64,000 nucleotides of DNA from Selaginella moellendorffii (taxonomy: Eukaryota > Plantae > Lycopodiophyta), in assembly GCF_000143415.4 (NCBI RefSeq), contig NW_003314265.1, positions 820,405 to 884,404 on the forward strand, read 5' to 3'. Both the position numbers and the translations under genes were made by a program. This document shows, piece by piece, positions 1 through 12,342 of the stretch (positions are counted from its first letter, which is position 1; every line of letters begins with the position of its first letter). The notes beneath the pieces were generated by a model. It did no database searches. It was not told the origin of the DNA and was given only the letters and a program-made list of their open reading frames with translations.

Positions 1-1432
1 TCAGAGAGGAAGTCAATGCCTGCCAAATGTTGAGCCCACTTATACCATCTTGATGTTCGTTTTGGGTCCTCCACCAGCTTATTTTCAGCAAGAATTTTTC
101 CGGCCTGAGAGAAAGAGCAATGGTCAGCCAGAATAAACTTATCAAAACAAAACTTCTACCTGGTTCGGCAAGGTGACTCCTGCATCGTCGGGGAAAAGGT
201 TGGCAAGGAGATGAACATCACTATCTTGATGTCCTTCAACTCCAGCACAAACGACGTTTAACCTGGGCAGATACTCGAATTTGAGAGTAAGTAGCTTAGC
301 GGCTTTCTCCCCTCCTCGATCGTCATCGTCATAGATCTGGAGAATGACTGACAGGGGATGGGCGTGCAGTACGCCCGCATCAGCAGCAGCTTCCACATCA
401 TGTGTTCTCTTAGTTCTTTTCCTCCGGCGTTGAGACTCGTCATCATCATCCAGTACTTCATCGTCTGCTTTGTGTTGCTCATCGAAAGACCCAGGACCTG
501 TAGTTACAAGTCATTAGCTTCTGAAAGAAAACAGAAGACGTTAAAAATAACCTGATTCTCGGTTTGTACTTTGCTTCAAGAATGCTTGAGCTTCTTTAGC
601 GCTTCCGATGATCTCGACGTCAATCGGCTCTCCAAAGGCCTCTTTATACGACATGAGCTGCACGTAAAGTATATAAAGAGGAGAAGGAAGCAAGTCCGCA
701 AGCTGATGCTGCTTCAAGCGCTTGGTATGCAAGATCCCAAGGTGTTGTTGGACAGGCAAAGAAGCCTTTTTGAGAGCCTTGAGTTGGGATGGCAAGCTCG
801 AGAGGAATTTCTTCCGGTTTGCAATGTTCTCTTGCAGCATTTTCTTGCGAGCTTCTAGTAGTTCCCGCTGCTTGCATAGTTGCTTTCTCTGGAAAGAGCA
901 CCGAGTTAAAGAGAAAGAAAACAATGTAAAAACTTCCTTACCTGATGCATCTCAAAGTTGAGACGCTGCAGCATAAGCTTGTGTGGATCATTCTTGATGG
1001 CAGGATCAGACTGGAGCTCCTCCGGCGCATCCCGGAAGAACTCTTCCTCGGGAACGAGCTCTATGTCGGGATATTTCGACTTGAAATCCTTACACGTCTT
1101 AATCGCCTTGAGGTAATGGTTCTTCTCGTAGAGCAGATTGTGGAGCTGGAGCGTGGTCCGATCCAGCGGACTCTTGGCGGCCTCGGTCTCGACCTTGACT
1201 CTGTCCTCCTCTTGAAGAATCACTCGATTAATCTACAAGAATCCACATTGCGACTTATCAAGAGAAGGAGAAGGCAAATTCTCACCTGGCGCAAGTTGAG
1301 CAGGAGAATCGATGCCGCCGTCGTGAGCTCCGGAAGCTCCACTCTCGCCGTGCCGGCTTTCTTGGCGTGCAGCATCCTAGCGAGCGCATCCTCGACGTCG
1401 CCGCGAGCCTGCGCCAGGAGCTCGTACGCCAT
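1..1432 (-). CDS. THOC5: THO complex subunit 5 (3' end runs off the window start)
   Basis: Exons read by eye at about 1432-1286, 1232-942, 888-552, 497-160 and 104-<1, with GT-AG junctions. Peptides such as LQLHNLLYEKNHYLKAIKTCKDFKSKYPDIELVPEEEF, RLNFEMHQRKQL and LPSPLYILYVQL match plant THO5/FMIP. Confidence 0.93.
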
Positions 1433-1500
1433 TGAGCCTAAAGCCCTAGAAGAAGGAGAATCAGATTAGATTCACCCTATATCCAGGAATAAATTCAAAT

Positions 1501-4500
1501 TCAATTTTCTCCCATTCCCTCGCTCGCGATCTCCGCTGCTCTGGTGGGCGCTCTCGCCTTGAGCAGCATCTCCTCGTACTCGCTCTCCGGATCCGAGAGC
1601 GCGACGATGGCTCCTCCAGCGCCCAGAGAGATCTCTCCCCCCTGGATCACCAGCGTCCGGATGACAATGCTGAGATCAAACGAGGAGCTGAACGAGAAGA
1701 ACCCAATGGCGCCCGAGTAAACTCCCCTCGGGCAAGTCTCCACGGCGTCCAGGATCTCCATCGTTCTCAGTTTCGGGGCTCCCGTCATGGAGCCGCCTGG
1801 AAACGCAGCCTTTACGCAGTCGATCGGTGTCACGTCGGCCCTCTTCTTGCCTCGCACGGTGCTCACGAGGGTGTGAACCGTGGAGTATGTTTCCACCGCC
1901 ATCAGATGTGGGACGTGGACCGAGCCCGCGGTGCAAACGCGACCGAGATCATTGCGTAGGAGGTCCACGATCATGAGATTCTCGGCCTGGTCCTTCTCGC
2001 TGCACAACGACCCAAAGTTCACGTAGAGATCGTCAAAGAGTATGTACCTTTCTCGGAGTTGCGATCGTAGCATCTCGTCTTCCAGAGATGACTTCCCGCG
2101 AGGAACTGTTCCTTTGATCGGCTTTGCTTCTAGAGTCCCAGTCCTGTCGAGTTGGAGGAACCTCTCCGGCGATGACGAGCAAACACACGGGCCTTCGTTG
2201 CCAAAGTGTAGCCACGAAGCATAAGGTGCCGGATTTGTTCTGCGTAACACGGAGTACAGCTCGAGTGGATCTCGGAAGAGTGCTCTTCTCTTCATTTGCG
2301 CCGTCAAGCAAACCTCGTAGCTTTCCCCATCGGCAATGTACTTGAGACACCTTTCAACGTCGTCCATGTACTCGTCTTTGGTTCTCGACAGAGTGAAGTT
2401 TTCTGTGATTGTTAGGTTGTTCGAGTGCTCCGGATATTTTTTCTCACACTTCGAGTTATCTCTTATGGAACTTAGACCAGCAATTTTCTCGGCTGTTTGT
2501 TCGACCCAAGATACCGCAGCTTCAGTGGATTCTCTGGTTTCTTCATGTACAGCAACTGTATAAACATCGCCAGTCAAGTGGTCTATAGAAATGAAACGAT
2601 CGGCCTTAAAAAATGCAGCATCCGGAACAGAGGATTTGTGACGATTGGATAACGGACCACATTCACATTTCAACTCGTATCTGTTGAAGGCCTATGTAAT
2701 CTTTTCGAAATGGAAAGAAGAATATTTTGCTTACCCAAGATAGCCAACGAAACCACCAACAAATTCAAAAGGCAGCTGCTGGTAATCCTCTTTTCTGCAG
2801 CTGTAGCGTTGTGTTTCCTGGAGAGAAAAAAAGAGAGAGATGAAGTTATACATAGAAATCGTCACACCTTGTTCATAAACTCAAAGAAGCCGTCGCACAG
2901 CGCTTTCTGAAACACATCACCATTTACATCTTCAACTCGTAGAACACCTCGGCTTCTGTAAACACACCATGAAAAATTCATGCAGTTAAAAAGTAAGAAA
3001 CTTACGAGTCGTTTGACAGGCAATATGTGATCTTTTGCCACAAACAACCACCCTTCCCGCCCATGTAAGAAAATCTGCATCTATTCTGGAATGATAAAAG
3101 AGTCTTTTAGTGGAAGAAAGACGTCGAACCATAAGCAACCTTGTCCGCAGTGGCGCTGTCCAGCCAGAAAGTGTTCTCAACTGAGTTCCGGCCATAAACT
3201 ACACGAAAGATATTCTCGGATCCGCCAACAGCAGTTTCAAGGCTTCGAAGTTTTTTAAAACAAAGCCTTAAAGGGACACGCGCAACTGGCTTGAACGTCT
3301 CCGCGATCCTTCCCAAGGCACCGGTGGTTGCTCGAACCTACACAAAAAGTCTGCCACTTGAACCGGATTAAGCTCGTCTAGAAACACAAACACATACCCG
3401 TGAATTTGCTCTCAAAAAGCAGCGTGTGATTTCAGCGAAGTTCTCCAAGAGTTGCCTTCCATGTACAGTAGCAATACTCTCTGGATGGAACTAAAACAAC
3501 AATGTGGTCAATAAAGAGAACAGGATAATAAAATTTACCTGGACTCCATGATGCGGCCATTTTTTATGTGAAACGCCCATCAGCAAACTATTTGAGTGAT
3601 AAGTAGCCTCAAAAGTTTCATCTGTTTCCAACAAGCTCCTACGTTCCTCTACTGTTCGGCCACACGGAACAGGCTTCTCAGACAATGTCCACGCAGTTGG
3701 GATCAAACTCGAAGGAAGAGAAGCACTCTCTAATATCAACGAATGGTACCTTACGACCTGCCAGAAGACTGTACAACATAAAAACGCAGAAAACTTCGCG
3801 AGCTACCTTAAAACCGGAACCGGAAGGAATGTTTCTGAAAAGTGGATGGTGTGTATGTTGAATAGCACTACAAAGCAAGCCAAACAAATAACGATACCGA
3901 AACTCTATAAATGAATAAGAAAAACCTCAAACGCCCATGAACTGGCTCTGGTGCGTGTATAATTCTCATTCCGTGTGCATATCCCAAAGCCTGAAGATAA
4001 GTCTGTTTACCAAGAGAGCGAAACCAGCAGAAGAAAGAATAAAAACCTGATGTCCCATGCAAACTCCCAAAATGGGAATGTCATGACATTCTTGCAAAAG
4101 CCGCACACAAACACCTGGACCATAAGAAAGCTAAAGCCGAGCAAGAAAGTCACAAAACAAAAGAACCTATATCAGAAGAACGATCCGGCGATCCAGGACC
4201 AGGTGATATGACAACGTTGTCAAACTCGTATAGGAGGCGCTGGAGCTCACGGAATGTTAACTCATCGTTTTTCAGCACGACGGGAGCCACTGCAAAGATA
4301 GACAATCTTTCGTGAATGAGAGCACTTTCAAGTTCCAAGTTCTTACCTCCGTTCACTATCGAAAGCAACTGAAAGAGATTGTAAGTGTAGCTATCGTAGT
4401 TGTCTAGTATCAAAGTTCTAAGCGACCGTGATAATTTGTTATCCGGTTCCTGTGGACGTCCTTGCTGAAAAACGCCTTCTGTCGCTTTAAAGTTCCTGCC

Positions 4501-4807
4501 ATCATAATCGTCACTACCAGATCAATCCATTTACCCGGAGTACCTTGGAAGCGAAGCACCATTGAGAGTTTCCGCTCGCTCCGCTTTGAGCTGCGCCACG
4601 AGCTCGCCAGGCAGCTTGCATTCCTCCTGGCGAGGCATTGATCCACGCGTGAAATTCCAAAGAACGCGAGAAGATTACCTTGTCGGCGTACTCCGAGAAT
4701 CCGATTCTGGCGCATGACAGCCTTCCATCGCCAATGCGATCGGCGCGCCGTGTCGAGGGAAAGAATGGCGATGGCCCCTGAGAAGGCGGCAATACAAGAG
4801 CGCGCAT
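1501..4807 (-). CDS. ADCS: Plastid aminodeoxychorismate synthase (PabA-PabB fusion)
   Basis: GATase motifs [28 protein letters not shown] and GVQFHPES. Chorismate-binding motifs [39 protein letters not shown] and [11 protein letters not shown]. Transit-peptide-like first exon; the start codon is less certain. Confidence 0.95.
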
Positions 4808-5418
4808 TCTAAAACCCTAAAAACAGGGGTGAAAGAATGTCGTGTTCTAGTTGAGTAATAAAACTTTCCTTTCCCACTTGGGAAATATTCTCCGTACAAG
4901 GAAACCGACCAGATTGACCAGCCAGTCAAAACGAGAATCTTAGCGCGAATCTTTCTATTCGATTTTTCTTGAAACGAGAGAGAAATGAAAGAAGAAACTT
5001 ATGGTGTGATTGAGGATCAAATTACAATGCGGGACGATCGGCAACGCAAAATCTTTGTGACGGCATCCATTTGTGCCCCCATTTTGCCATGCTATCCCTC
5101 TTCTTCCAGCCTATTTACAAATGATCTTGTTCTTGCGTGTTCTTCACTGGCTCAGCAGCGAGGCAGACGCTGGATTCATACAAACAATGCCCAGGCAACA
5201 TACCCTGACGAAGGAGTGAATCCACGACAAGAGGCTGTGCCTGTCCAAGCCCAAGAACAAGCTGCGGCCACGCATTAGGAGATGGGCGGATCCAAATCGA
5301 GCCAGCCGAAACATCTTGTGCGCCGAGAACATCTTTGCCCCTTGCCGGTGGATCACGACGCCATCGCCCAGAAAATTAGGGCAGGAGGGACTCTGTGATA
5401 TTTTAGGGTTTATCCGCC

Positions 5419-8400
5419 ATGGCGACACTGTCGTGGGGGCTGGCGCCGAGTCCATGCCGCATTGGACGCCCCAGGCCGCGGCGATCGTCGGGCGCGAGCT
5501 GCCAGCACTCTGCGAGGTAGAAGTCTCTCGGCTCTGATCGGCATTTCCTGACGATTCAGCAGGCTCGCAGGATCGAGTTCTTGCATCCCGGCATTGCAAA
5601 ACGGGAGCAATGTAGCTGATAGCTCGCAAGAATCCGCTTGGATAGCCGCCCTAGATGGTCTGGAATACGAGGAGGAGCAGCAGGGCAGCTATGACAGGAG
5701 GAAGGATGAGAAGGACCGAATTGATGCATCGTGGAATCCTCTCAAGTACAAGGCTCCATGGACGCATGCCGATGAGCAGCAGCCGCGAGTGGACGAGAGA
5801 ACCTGGCGGAGGAAGGATCCGGTTCTCTCGACGATCTCTGGGTATCCGCTTGGATACAACCAAACCAGCACGAATCCCCCGCTGGTAACTTCTTACGAGC
5901 AGTTTCAACAGCACGAGGTAGCCGAATCCACGAGAGACTCTTCCGCAGTGTCGCAGATCGCTGACAACTTACGCAGGATAAAAGCTCCCCAGAGAGACAT
6001 CGTTCCGCAGAGGAATGAATCCAGGATTGGGAATCTAGTGAACCGGCTAGTTGGTCCAGCAATCACTCCTCCTGGCGAAAGCTCCATGTTGTCTACGTTT
6101 CCATCACAGACATGGAACGCCAACTTGCCAGCAATGCTTTTGGAGGAGCCGCCAAAGCCTGCTCCAAAGTTTCCGTGGGAAATGGAGGATTTTTCGAAGG
6201 CTCCGTCTGGAGAAGAAGAACAGCCGCAGCGAAGAGTGAGACCACCATCGCTTGCCGAGCTCGTGCTTCCGGATGCCGAGCTTAGGAGGTTGAGAACGAT
6301 GATTATCCACACAAAGGAGCGGATTAAAGTGAAGAAGCTCGGCATCACCCGCAACGTTGTGCAAGCGATTCACCAGAAATGGAGAACCAGTGAGATTGTC
6401 AAGCTGAAGTGTGACCAAGAGGTGGCCATGAACATGAGGAAAGTACATGAGGAGTTGGAGGTAAGTACCTTTCTTTTATCCTCACAATTGGCCTGAATTA
6501 TTTTTTCCTTTATTACAGAAAAGAACAGGAGGCTTGGTAATCTGGCGAGCTGGAGCTGCGCTCGTGATCTATCGTGGGAAAGACTACGCTGGTCCTCCTA
6601 AGGAACGATGGATTCCAACCGAAAGCGTGTCGAAACCGAAAGAAAGTGTGGAGAAACCAGAAAAGTCACACGTATCGGGAGAGTTGCTAGGCATTGATAC
6701 ACAGTTCAAGGAGTTCGTGAATCACATTCCGTTCATCGAGGCGGAGTACGAGATGCAGATGGATCGATTGTTGGCCGAGCTTGGTCCGAGATATGCAGAC
6801 TGGAAAGGTGATAGACCCGTGCCAGTTGATGGGGATAAGTTGCCTGCAATCGATCATAACTTCAAGTCACCATATCGACTTTTGCCATATGGAATGGAAC
6901 CCAAGCTTAGCGATAGGGAGTTTACGAATCTGGTGCGGCTTGCAAGACAAATGCCACCGCAGTTTGTTATTTGTAAGCTCTTTTGTTTTCTTCTCTCTCT
7001 CCCTCTCTCTGATGGTTTTTTTTTGTTTTTGCAGCAAGAAATAAGGGGCTCCAGGGTCTGGCCAAGGCAATGGTGAAGTTGTGGGAAAAGACTGAAATCA
7101 CCAAGGTTGCGATCAAGCAAAGCGTTCAAAGTACAGACAACGCAAAAATGGCTGACGAACTTAAGGTTGTCAATTCGTTTTTGTAAGTCAGCACGGTAGA
7201 GTTCCTGAAGTCTCATCTTACACTTTTGTTTGGTTGATGCAGCGGCTTACAGGGTGTGTACTTCTTGGAAGAGAGAAAACCCACATGATATTTTACAGAG
7301 GAAAGGATTTTCTTCCTGCTCCAATTGCTGCTGCATTTGAAGAGCGTGAAGCCATGTCTTTTGCAAACAAAGACGTTGAAGACAAAGCAAGAATGCTGCC
7401 TACGGGAAAAGTTACCGAGAAGATAGTCCACGTTGAACAAAGGCCACAGGAAACAGAAGCAGATATTAAGCTCAAGGAGTGGATTAAGAACCAAGAAGAG
7501 GAGAAACGCAGAGCGATCGTTATGAAAGCTGCCAGAGCAGCCAGAGCAAGACGGATAGAGAGGCGGCTCGACATTGTAAGTAGCTTCTTTTTCTTTATGT
7601 TTTTTGGTCATAGTGCGGTATTTGTTGTAGGCCGTTCGCAAGAAGGAAAAGGCAGAGGAAGCACTGTCTAAAGTTGAGAAGCTTATGAAGCCGCGTGAGC
7701 CTTCAGAAGACCGCGAAACGATTACGGAAGAAGAACGCTACACCCTGCAAAGAGTTGGGCTTAAGATGAAAGCATTTCTTTTGCTAGGTAAGTCTTCTGG
7801 AATTATCTTCTGTGTTCGCTGATTCAGTGCGTAAGCAGGACGGCGAGGAGTCTACTCTGGCATTATTGAGAACATGCATCTGCATTGGAAGTACAGAGAA
7901 CTCGTGAAAGTGGTGTACAAGGGAAAGGACAGAATGGACATCGAGGATACCGCGAAAATGATCGAATGCGAAAGTGGAGGCATTCTTATTGGCATATATC
8001 CAGTCTCCAAAGGACAGGTGTTTTTGTACTATCGTGGGAAAAATTACAGACGGCCAGAGGAGCTTAGGCCGCACAATCTTCTCACGAAAAGAAAGGCCTT
8101 AGCAAGATATACGGAAACTCAACGACGAGAGGTTTGTTGTCAACTGCTGTACTGGCTTGCTAATCCTGATTTTCTTGTAACTGCGACAGTCTTTGTCTCG
8201 CTACATTTTAAGCTTGGAGCATGACATTCGATCACTGGGTTATATTCTGGTATGATCTAGCTTCTCTCATAGTGTTGTCACCGATGGCTTCATTCACAGG
8301 AAAAGGCTAAAGCTGACGAAAGCGAGTCTGATGAAGATGCTGGGTCTGATGAAGATGCAAGTGACGCCGACGTCCAAGACGACAACAGTGATGACAAGGC

Positions 8401-9316
8401 AGTTCAGCTTTTGTCGACGAAAGGCGCCACTCAGGCTGAAATGCCTGTCGCGCCGCCATTAAAACGATACCAAAGGTCGAGGCATCTTGATCTTGGTCCG
8501 ATTCTTCGGGCGGAACCTCTCTCTAACAGAGAGAGGTTGATACTGCGGAAGCGGGCGCTACTGATGGGAAAGCCTTCGCATTTTCATATTGGTAAGGACG
8601 GTCGTTGAAAGCTACATTTCGGTTGATTAATTTCGTGATACAGGGAAGTGTAATCTCGTTGGGGGCCTTATAACATCAATCAGGATTTTCCTAAAGAAAC
8701 GTGCGCTGGTAAAGATTGGGATGAAAGGTCGTGCTTTAGGAACATCTGTCCAAGAGCTGGTAAAGCTTATCGAGGTAACTAGCTACAACTTTATCCTTGT
8801 GCCAATCTTTAAGCACTTCTTTTTCTGCAGGATGGTACGGGAGCAGCCTTTGTATGCCAAGAGAAGCATAAATTGATATTCTATCGTGGGTGGCCCGAAG
8901 GAACGAAGCACCCAGCGTACATGGACGAGGATCTGTCCGCCGATCTGGTCGCAGCGGTTAAAGAAGAAGACGGAACGGATTATGCTTTTGCGGATGAAAG
9001 TCGCGAAGAATCAAACACGGACATGGAAGGCGACTTGGCAAATGATAGTGGAGATGAGACTGCAGGGGAAGTTTCCGAGCTTGAATCTAGTAGTGACGAC
9101 GAGAGCTCTGAAGAGGATTACAGCGATGAAGCTGACTTCTGCAGCGGCGAGGCTGACTTTGGAAGGGATCATGCAGATAACTCGGCTCCCAACTACAGGA
9201 AGGCCGAGGAGGAATCGGCTTACAGCACTGGTGAGGAAAGCGATGATGAAGTCTGGAGTGTATATGACAGCCAGGATCAAGAGAAGCCGCGTCCGGCTAT
9301 AGTGGACGAGTTGTAA
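5419..9316 (+). CDS. CFM2: Chloroplast intron-splicing factor with four CRM domains (CFM2-like)
   Basis: Transit-like exon 1 ([19 protein letters not shown], 5419-5516). Four CRM repeats ending IYRG, FYRG, YYRG and FYRGW; the fourth begins [11 protein letters not shown] as in CFM2. Acidic C-terminal tail. Confidence 0.85.
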
Positions 9317-10529
9317 TTCAGTCAATCACACTGGTGAGTTCTTGCTTCGCTTTCTTACTCGTAACTTCTTTGTTTTGTTTATGCTGCAGTGCGATTTTTG
9401 TCGGACGAGCCTGACGTCAACGGGATTACGTGTCGAAAACTCGTAAAATATTCAAGGGAAGGCGAAGAATCTCCATCTCGTGGTCTTTGGATCATCTTTT
9501 AGCTCTCGCCAAAGCTCATGGTGCCTTGCGACCCGTAGGCTGTATTGTAAGGCGGCTTTTCTCTTTTTTGTTTCGTTTTTCTCTCTTCTCCATCGGTACG
9601 CTGATGCAGCACCTAACATTGGTATTTTATCTGCAGAGAAAACAAAATTATTCTTCGACCGTGCAGCAGGCAAAGTGGCAGAGGTCACTCCCCAGTAAGA
9701 TTTAGACATTGTACCCGTCCTAAGAAAAAACAAAGGGACTAACCTCTCTAGTTTTTCTTGGGTCCTGTGCAGTTCCAATCAATCGGTCTTCTGCAAAGAA
9801 AGCGAAGATAAGAAGCAAGAAGAAGCCGCCTCTTTCCAAGCCGAAAAGAAAATCCAACTTGGCGTGGGACCGAACTGTCGATGGCTGTGGCTAACAACGA
9901 TTCTTCCCTGCACAACGAAAGCGTCCCGGTAACAAGCACCAGCTCTCGCAACTGTCTCGAGTCGCTCCAAGCATCCGTGCTGCAAGACTGTATCTTGCAA
10001 CGCAACAAACGAGTAAGTGCGTGGTTTTTCTCTCGACCCGGACGAGGATCTAAGCGTGTTTTCTCCTCTTCCAGCATGATTTGGAGGCCCGCCGCTGTCA
10101 TGTATGATCATCCCAGCAAGAGTGAATTCGTCCCCCGCAACAGGATTTTTGGAACGCTGGCGACCAACACGCTGGGACCAAAGAGTGGTGCCCATGTCTA
10201 GAGAGGAGCTCTGACGAGAGATAAGAAGCCGCAATCCTCACGAGAAAACAAGCAAGCGAAGTCATGGACCACAGCCTGAGAGAGTAGTAAACACGAACAA
10301 ACGTCGTGCCACGACCGCCAAATGGAAGCCATTTTTTCAAAGACATCCGCCCGCGAACTGGACAGCGGCTGGGATGGCGCCACGCGGCCGCCCTAGCCCC
10401 CATCCAACGGCTACAGTTTGAAGTTTCTATTTCCGCCGTAGATGCGCCCCATCTAACGGCTGCCACTGACGAGTTCTTTCTCCTGTGTGGGCGGCATTGT
10501 GTGTTTTTATATTTCGTTTGGAAAGCTAG

Positions 10530-10572
10530 AGAGGAGGAGGAGGAGGAGGGCGAGGAGGAGGAGGAGGAGGAG
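10530..10572 (+). repeat. (GAG)n microsatellite, one interruption
   Basis: About 14 GAG units read directly. Confidence 0.9.
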
Positions 10573-10904
10573 AATGGCATGAAAATCTGCGCTCACAGGA
10601 TTCCTTCCCAGCGCGCGCACCTTTCCTCGTCGCAAGGCAGAGACCTTCTTCGTGTCCCGTGCGCGCCGAGGAGGCGGTACTACATTTCTACTTTGCTTGC
10701 GATCTCCTCCAAAGTGGCCGCGGATTCATCACGCCAGTCACAGGATCTGGCAGCCGCATTGGGAATTCGATAGCGCGCGCGCGCGCGGGCAATCCATCGA
10801 TCGATCGGCTTCGCAATTGCCCTCTTTTTTCTTCTCTCTGTCTCTTTCTCTCTCTTGTTCTTGGTTGTTCTTGGCCGGGGAATTTCGATAAGAAGCGAGC
10901 GATC

Positions 10905-12212
10905 ATGCGCGGGATTTCCAGATTCCTCCTCTCTCTCTCGCTGATAATCGCGGCGGCGATCCAGCAGGCATCGAGCAGCAGGATCGATGCTGCCGCCGCG
11001 CATTCACACACGCACATGAGGTTCCAGCGCCAGCGCCGGCTCGAGGGCGCGTCCGAGGCATCGATCCGGAGCCTGTGGGACGCCTACACGGCGCTCCAGG
11101 CGTGGAAGGCGGCAATCACCAAGGACCCACTCAACATCACCGCGACGTGGATCGGCGACGAGGTTTGCAGCTACAAGGGCGTCTTCTGCTCGGCTGCCCC
11201 GGACGATTCCTGCGAGAGGGTGGTCACCGGCATCGATCTCAACCACGCCTACCTCAGCGGCAAGCTCGTCGAGGAGCTGGGCCTCCTCTCCTACCTCGTC
11301 CTCTTCCACATCAACACCAATTTCTTCTCGGGCACCGTCCCGCCCTCCTTCTGCAAGCTCGCCCACCTCTACGAGCTCGACCTCTCCAACAATCGCTTCT
11401 CCGGCCCCTTCCCCAACGTCACGCTCGATCTCCCCAGCCTCCGCTACCTGGACGTGCGCTTCAACCGCTTCCGCGGCGGCATCCCTCCCCGCCTCTTCGA
11501 TCGCGGCCTCGACGCCATCTTCGTCAACGACAACGATTTCCAGTGCGCCGCCCCGGCCACGCTCGCAAACTCCACCGCCTCGGTGCTCGTCCTCGCCAAC
11601 AACATGATCCAGGGCGAGATCCCGAGCTCCATCGGCGCGCTCAACGGCAGCGTGGAGGAGATCATCCTCCTGGGCAACATGCTCACGGGCTGCATCCCCG
11701 ACTCCATCGCCAACCTCACGCAGGTCACCGTGCTCGACCTCAGCGGCAACCAGCTCGGCGGCTACGTCCCGGACGCCATCGCCGCCATGAAATCGCTCGA
11801 GCAGCTCAACCTCGCGGGGAATCTCCTCTCGGGGACGCTGCCTGAGGGGATCTGCGAGCTGCCCAAGCTCCAGAACCTCACGCTCGAGGATAACTTCCTG
11901 ACGGACATCGCCCACCAGTGCCTCGAGCTGCCCGCGTCCAACGGAACGATCGTGGACACGGACCGGAACTGTATTCCTTACCAGCCCAACCAGAGACCCC
12001 ACGACCAGTGTGCGGACTTCCTCTCGCAGCCGACGAGCTGCCAACCGGAGCCGCTGGTAATGGCGCCGCCCGTGCTACCACCGCCACCTCCATCACCGCC
12101 GCCACCATCACCGCCGCCACCGTCACCGCCGCCGCCGCCACCCGAGTACCACTACGAATCACCGCCGCCACCTTCATACCACTACGAATTACCGCCACCT
12201 CCACCGTACTGA
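10905..12212 (+). CDS. Leucine-rich repeat extensin-like cell-wall protein (LRX/PEX)
   Basis: Intronless. Signal peptide MRGISRFLLSLSLII, LRX N-cap (AYTALQAWKAAITKDP...VCSYKGVFC...VTGIDLNHA), LRRs, Cys-rich linker, then SPPPP and YHYESPPPP repeats. Confidence 0.92.
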   Translation: MRGISRFLLSLSLIIAAAIQQASSSRIDAAAAHSHTHMRFQRQRRLEGASEASIRSLWDAYTALQAWKAAITKDPLNITATWIGDEVCSYKGVFCSAAPDDSCERVVTGIDLNHAYLSGKLVEELGLLSYLVLFHINTNFFSGTVPPSFCKLAHLYELDLSNNRFSGPFPNVTLDLPSLRYLDVRFNRFRGGIPPRLFDRGLDAIFVNDNDFQCAAPATLANSTASVLVLANNMIQGEIPSSIGALNGSVEEIILLGNMLTGCIPDSIANLTQVTVLDLSGNQLGGYVPDAIAAMKSLEQLNLAGNLLSGTLPEGICELPKLQNLTLEDNFLTDIAHQCLELPASNGTIVDTDRNCIPYQPNQRPHDQCADFLSQPTSCQPEPLVMAPPVLPPPPPSPPPPSPPPPSPPPPPPEYHYESPPPPSYHYELPPPPPY

Positions 12213-12342
12213 TTGATTGGATTTTAGTTTGTCAGCGACGCTTGAGACATTCGATTCTCGGTTTGTTCGCGAGTTAGCTGGAAACAAGGAGCAAAAGAAA
12301 AGCAAAGAATGTTTGCCTGTCTGGTTTGATTGTCGGCGCTGC

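Noticed and set aside
4985-5278. 97-aa ORF upstream of CFM2
   Set aside because: No recognisable motif; it lies in the ADCS/CFM2 divergent promoter.
11004-12044. Long antisense and alternate-frame ORFs over the LRX gene
   Set aside because: Shadow ORFs caused by very high GC3 codon bias; no motifs.
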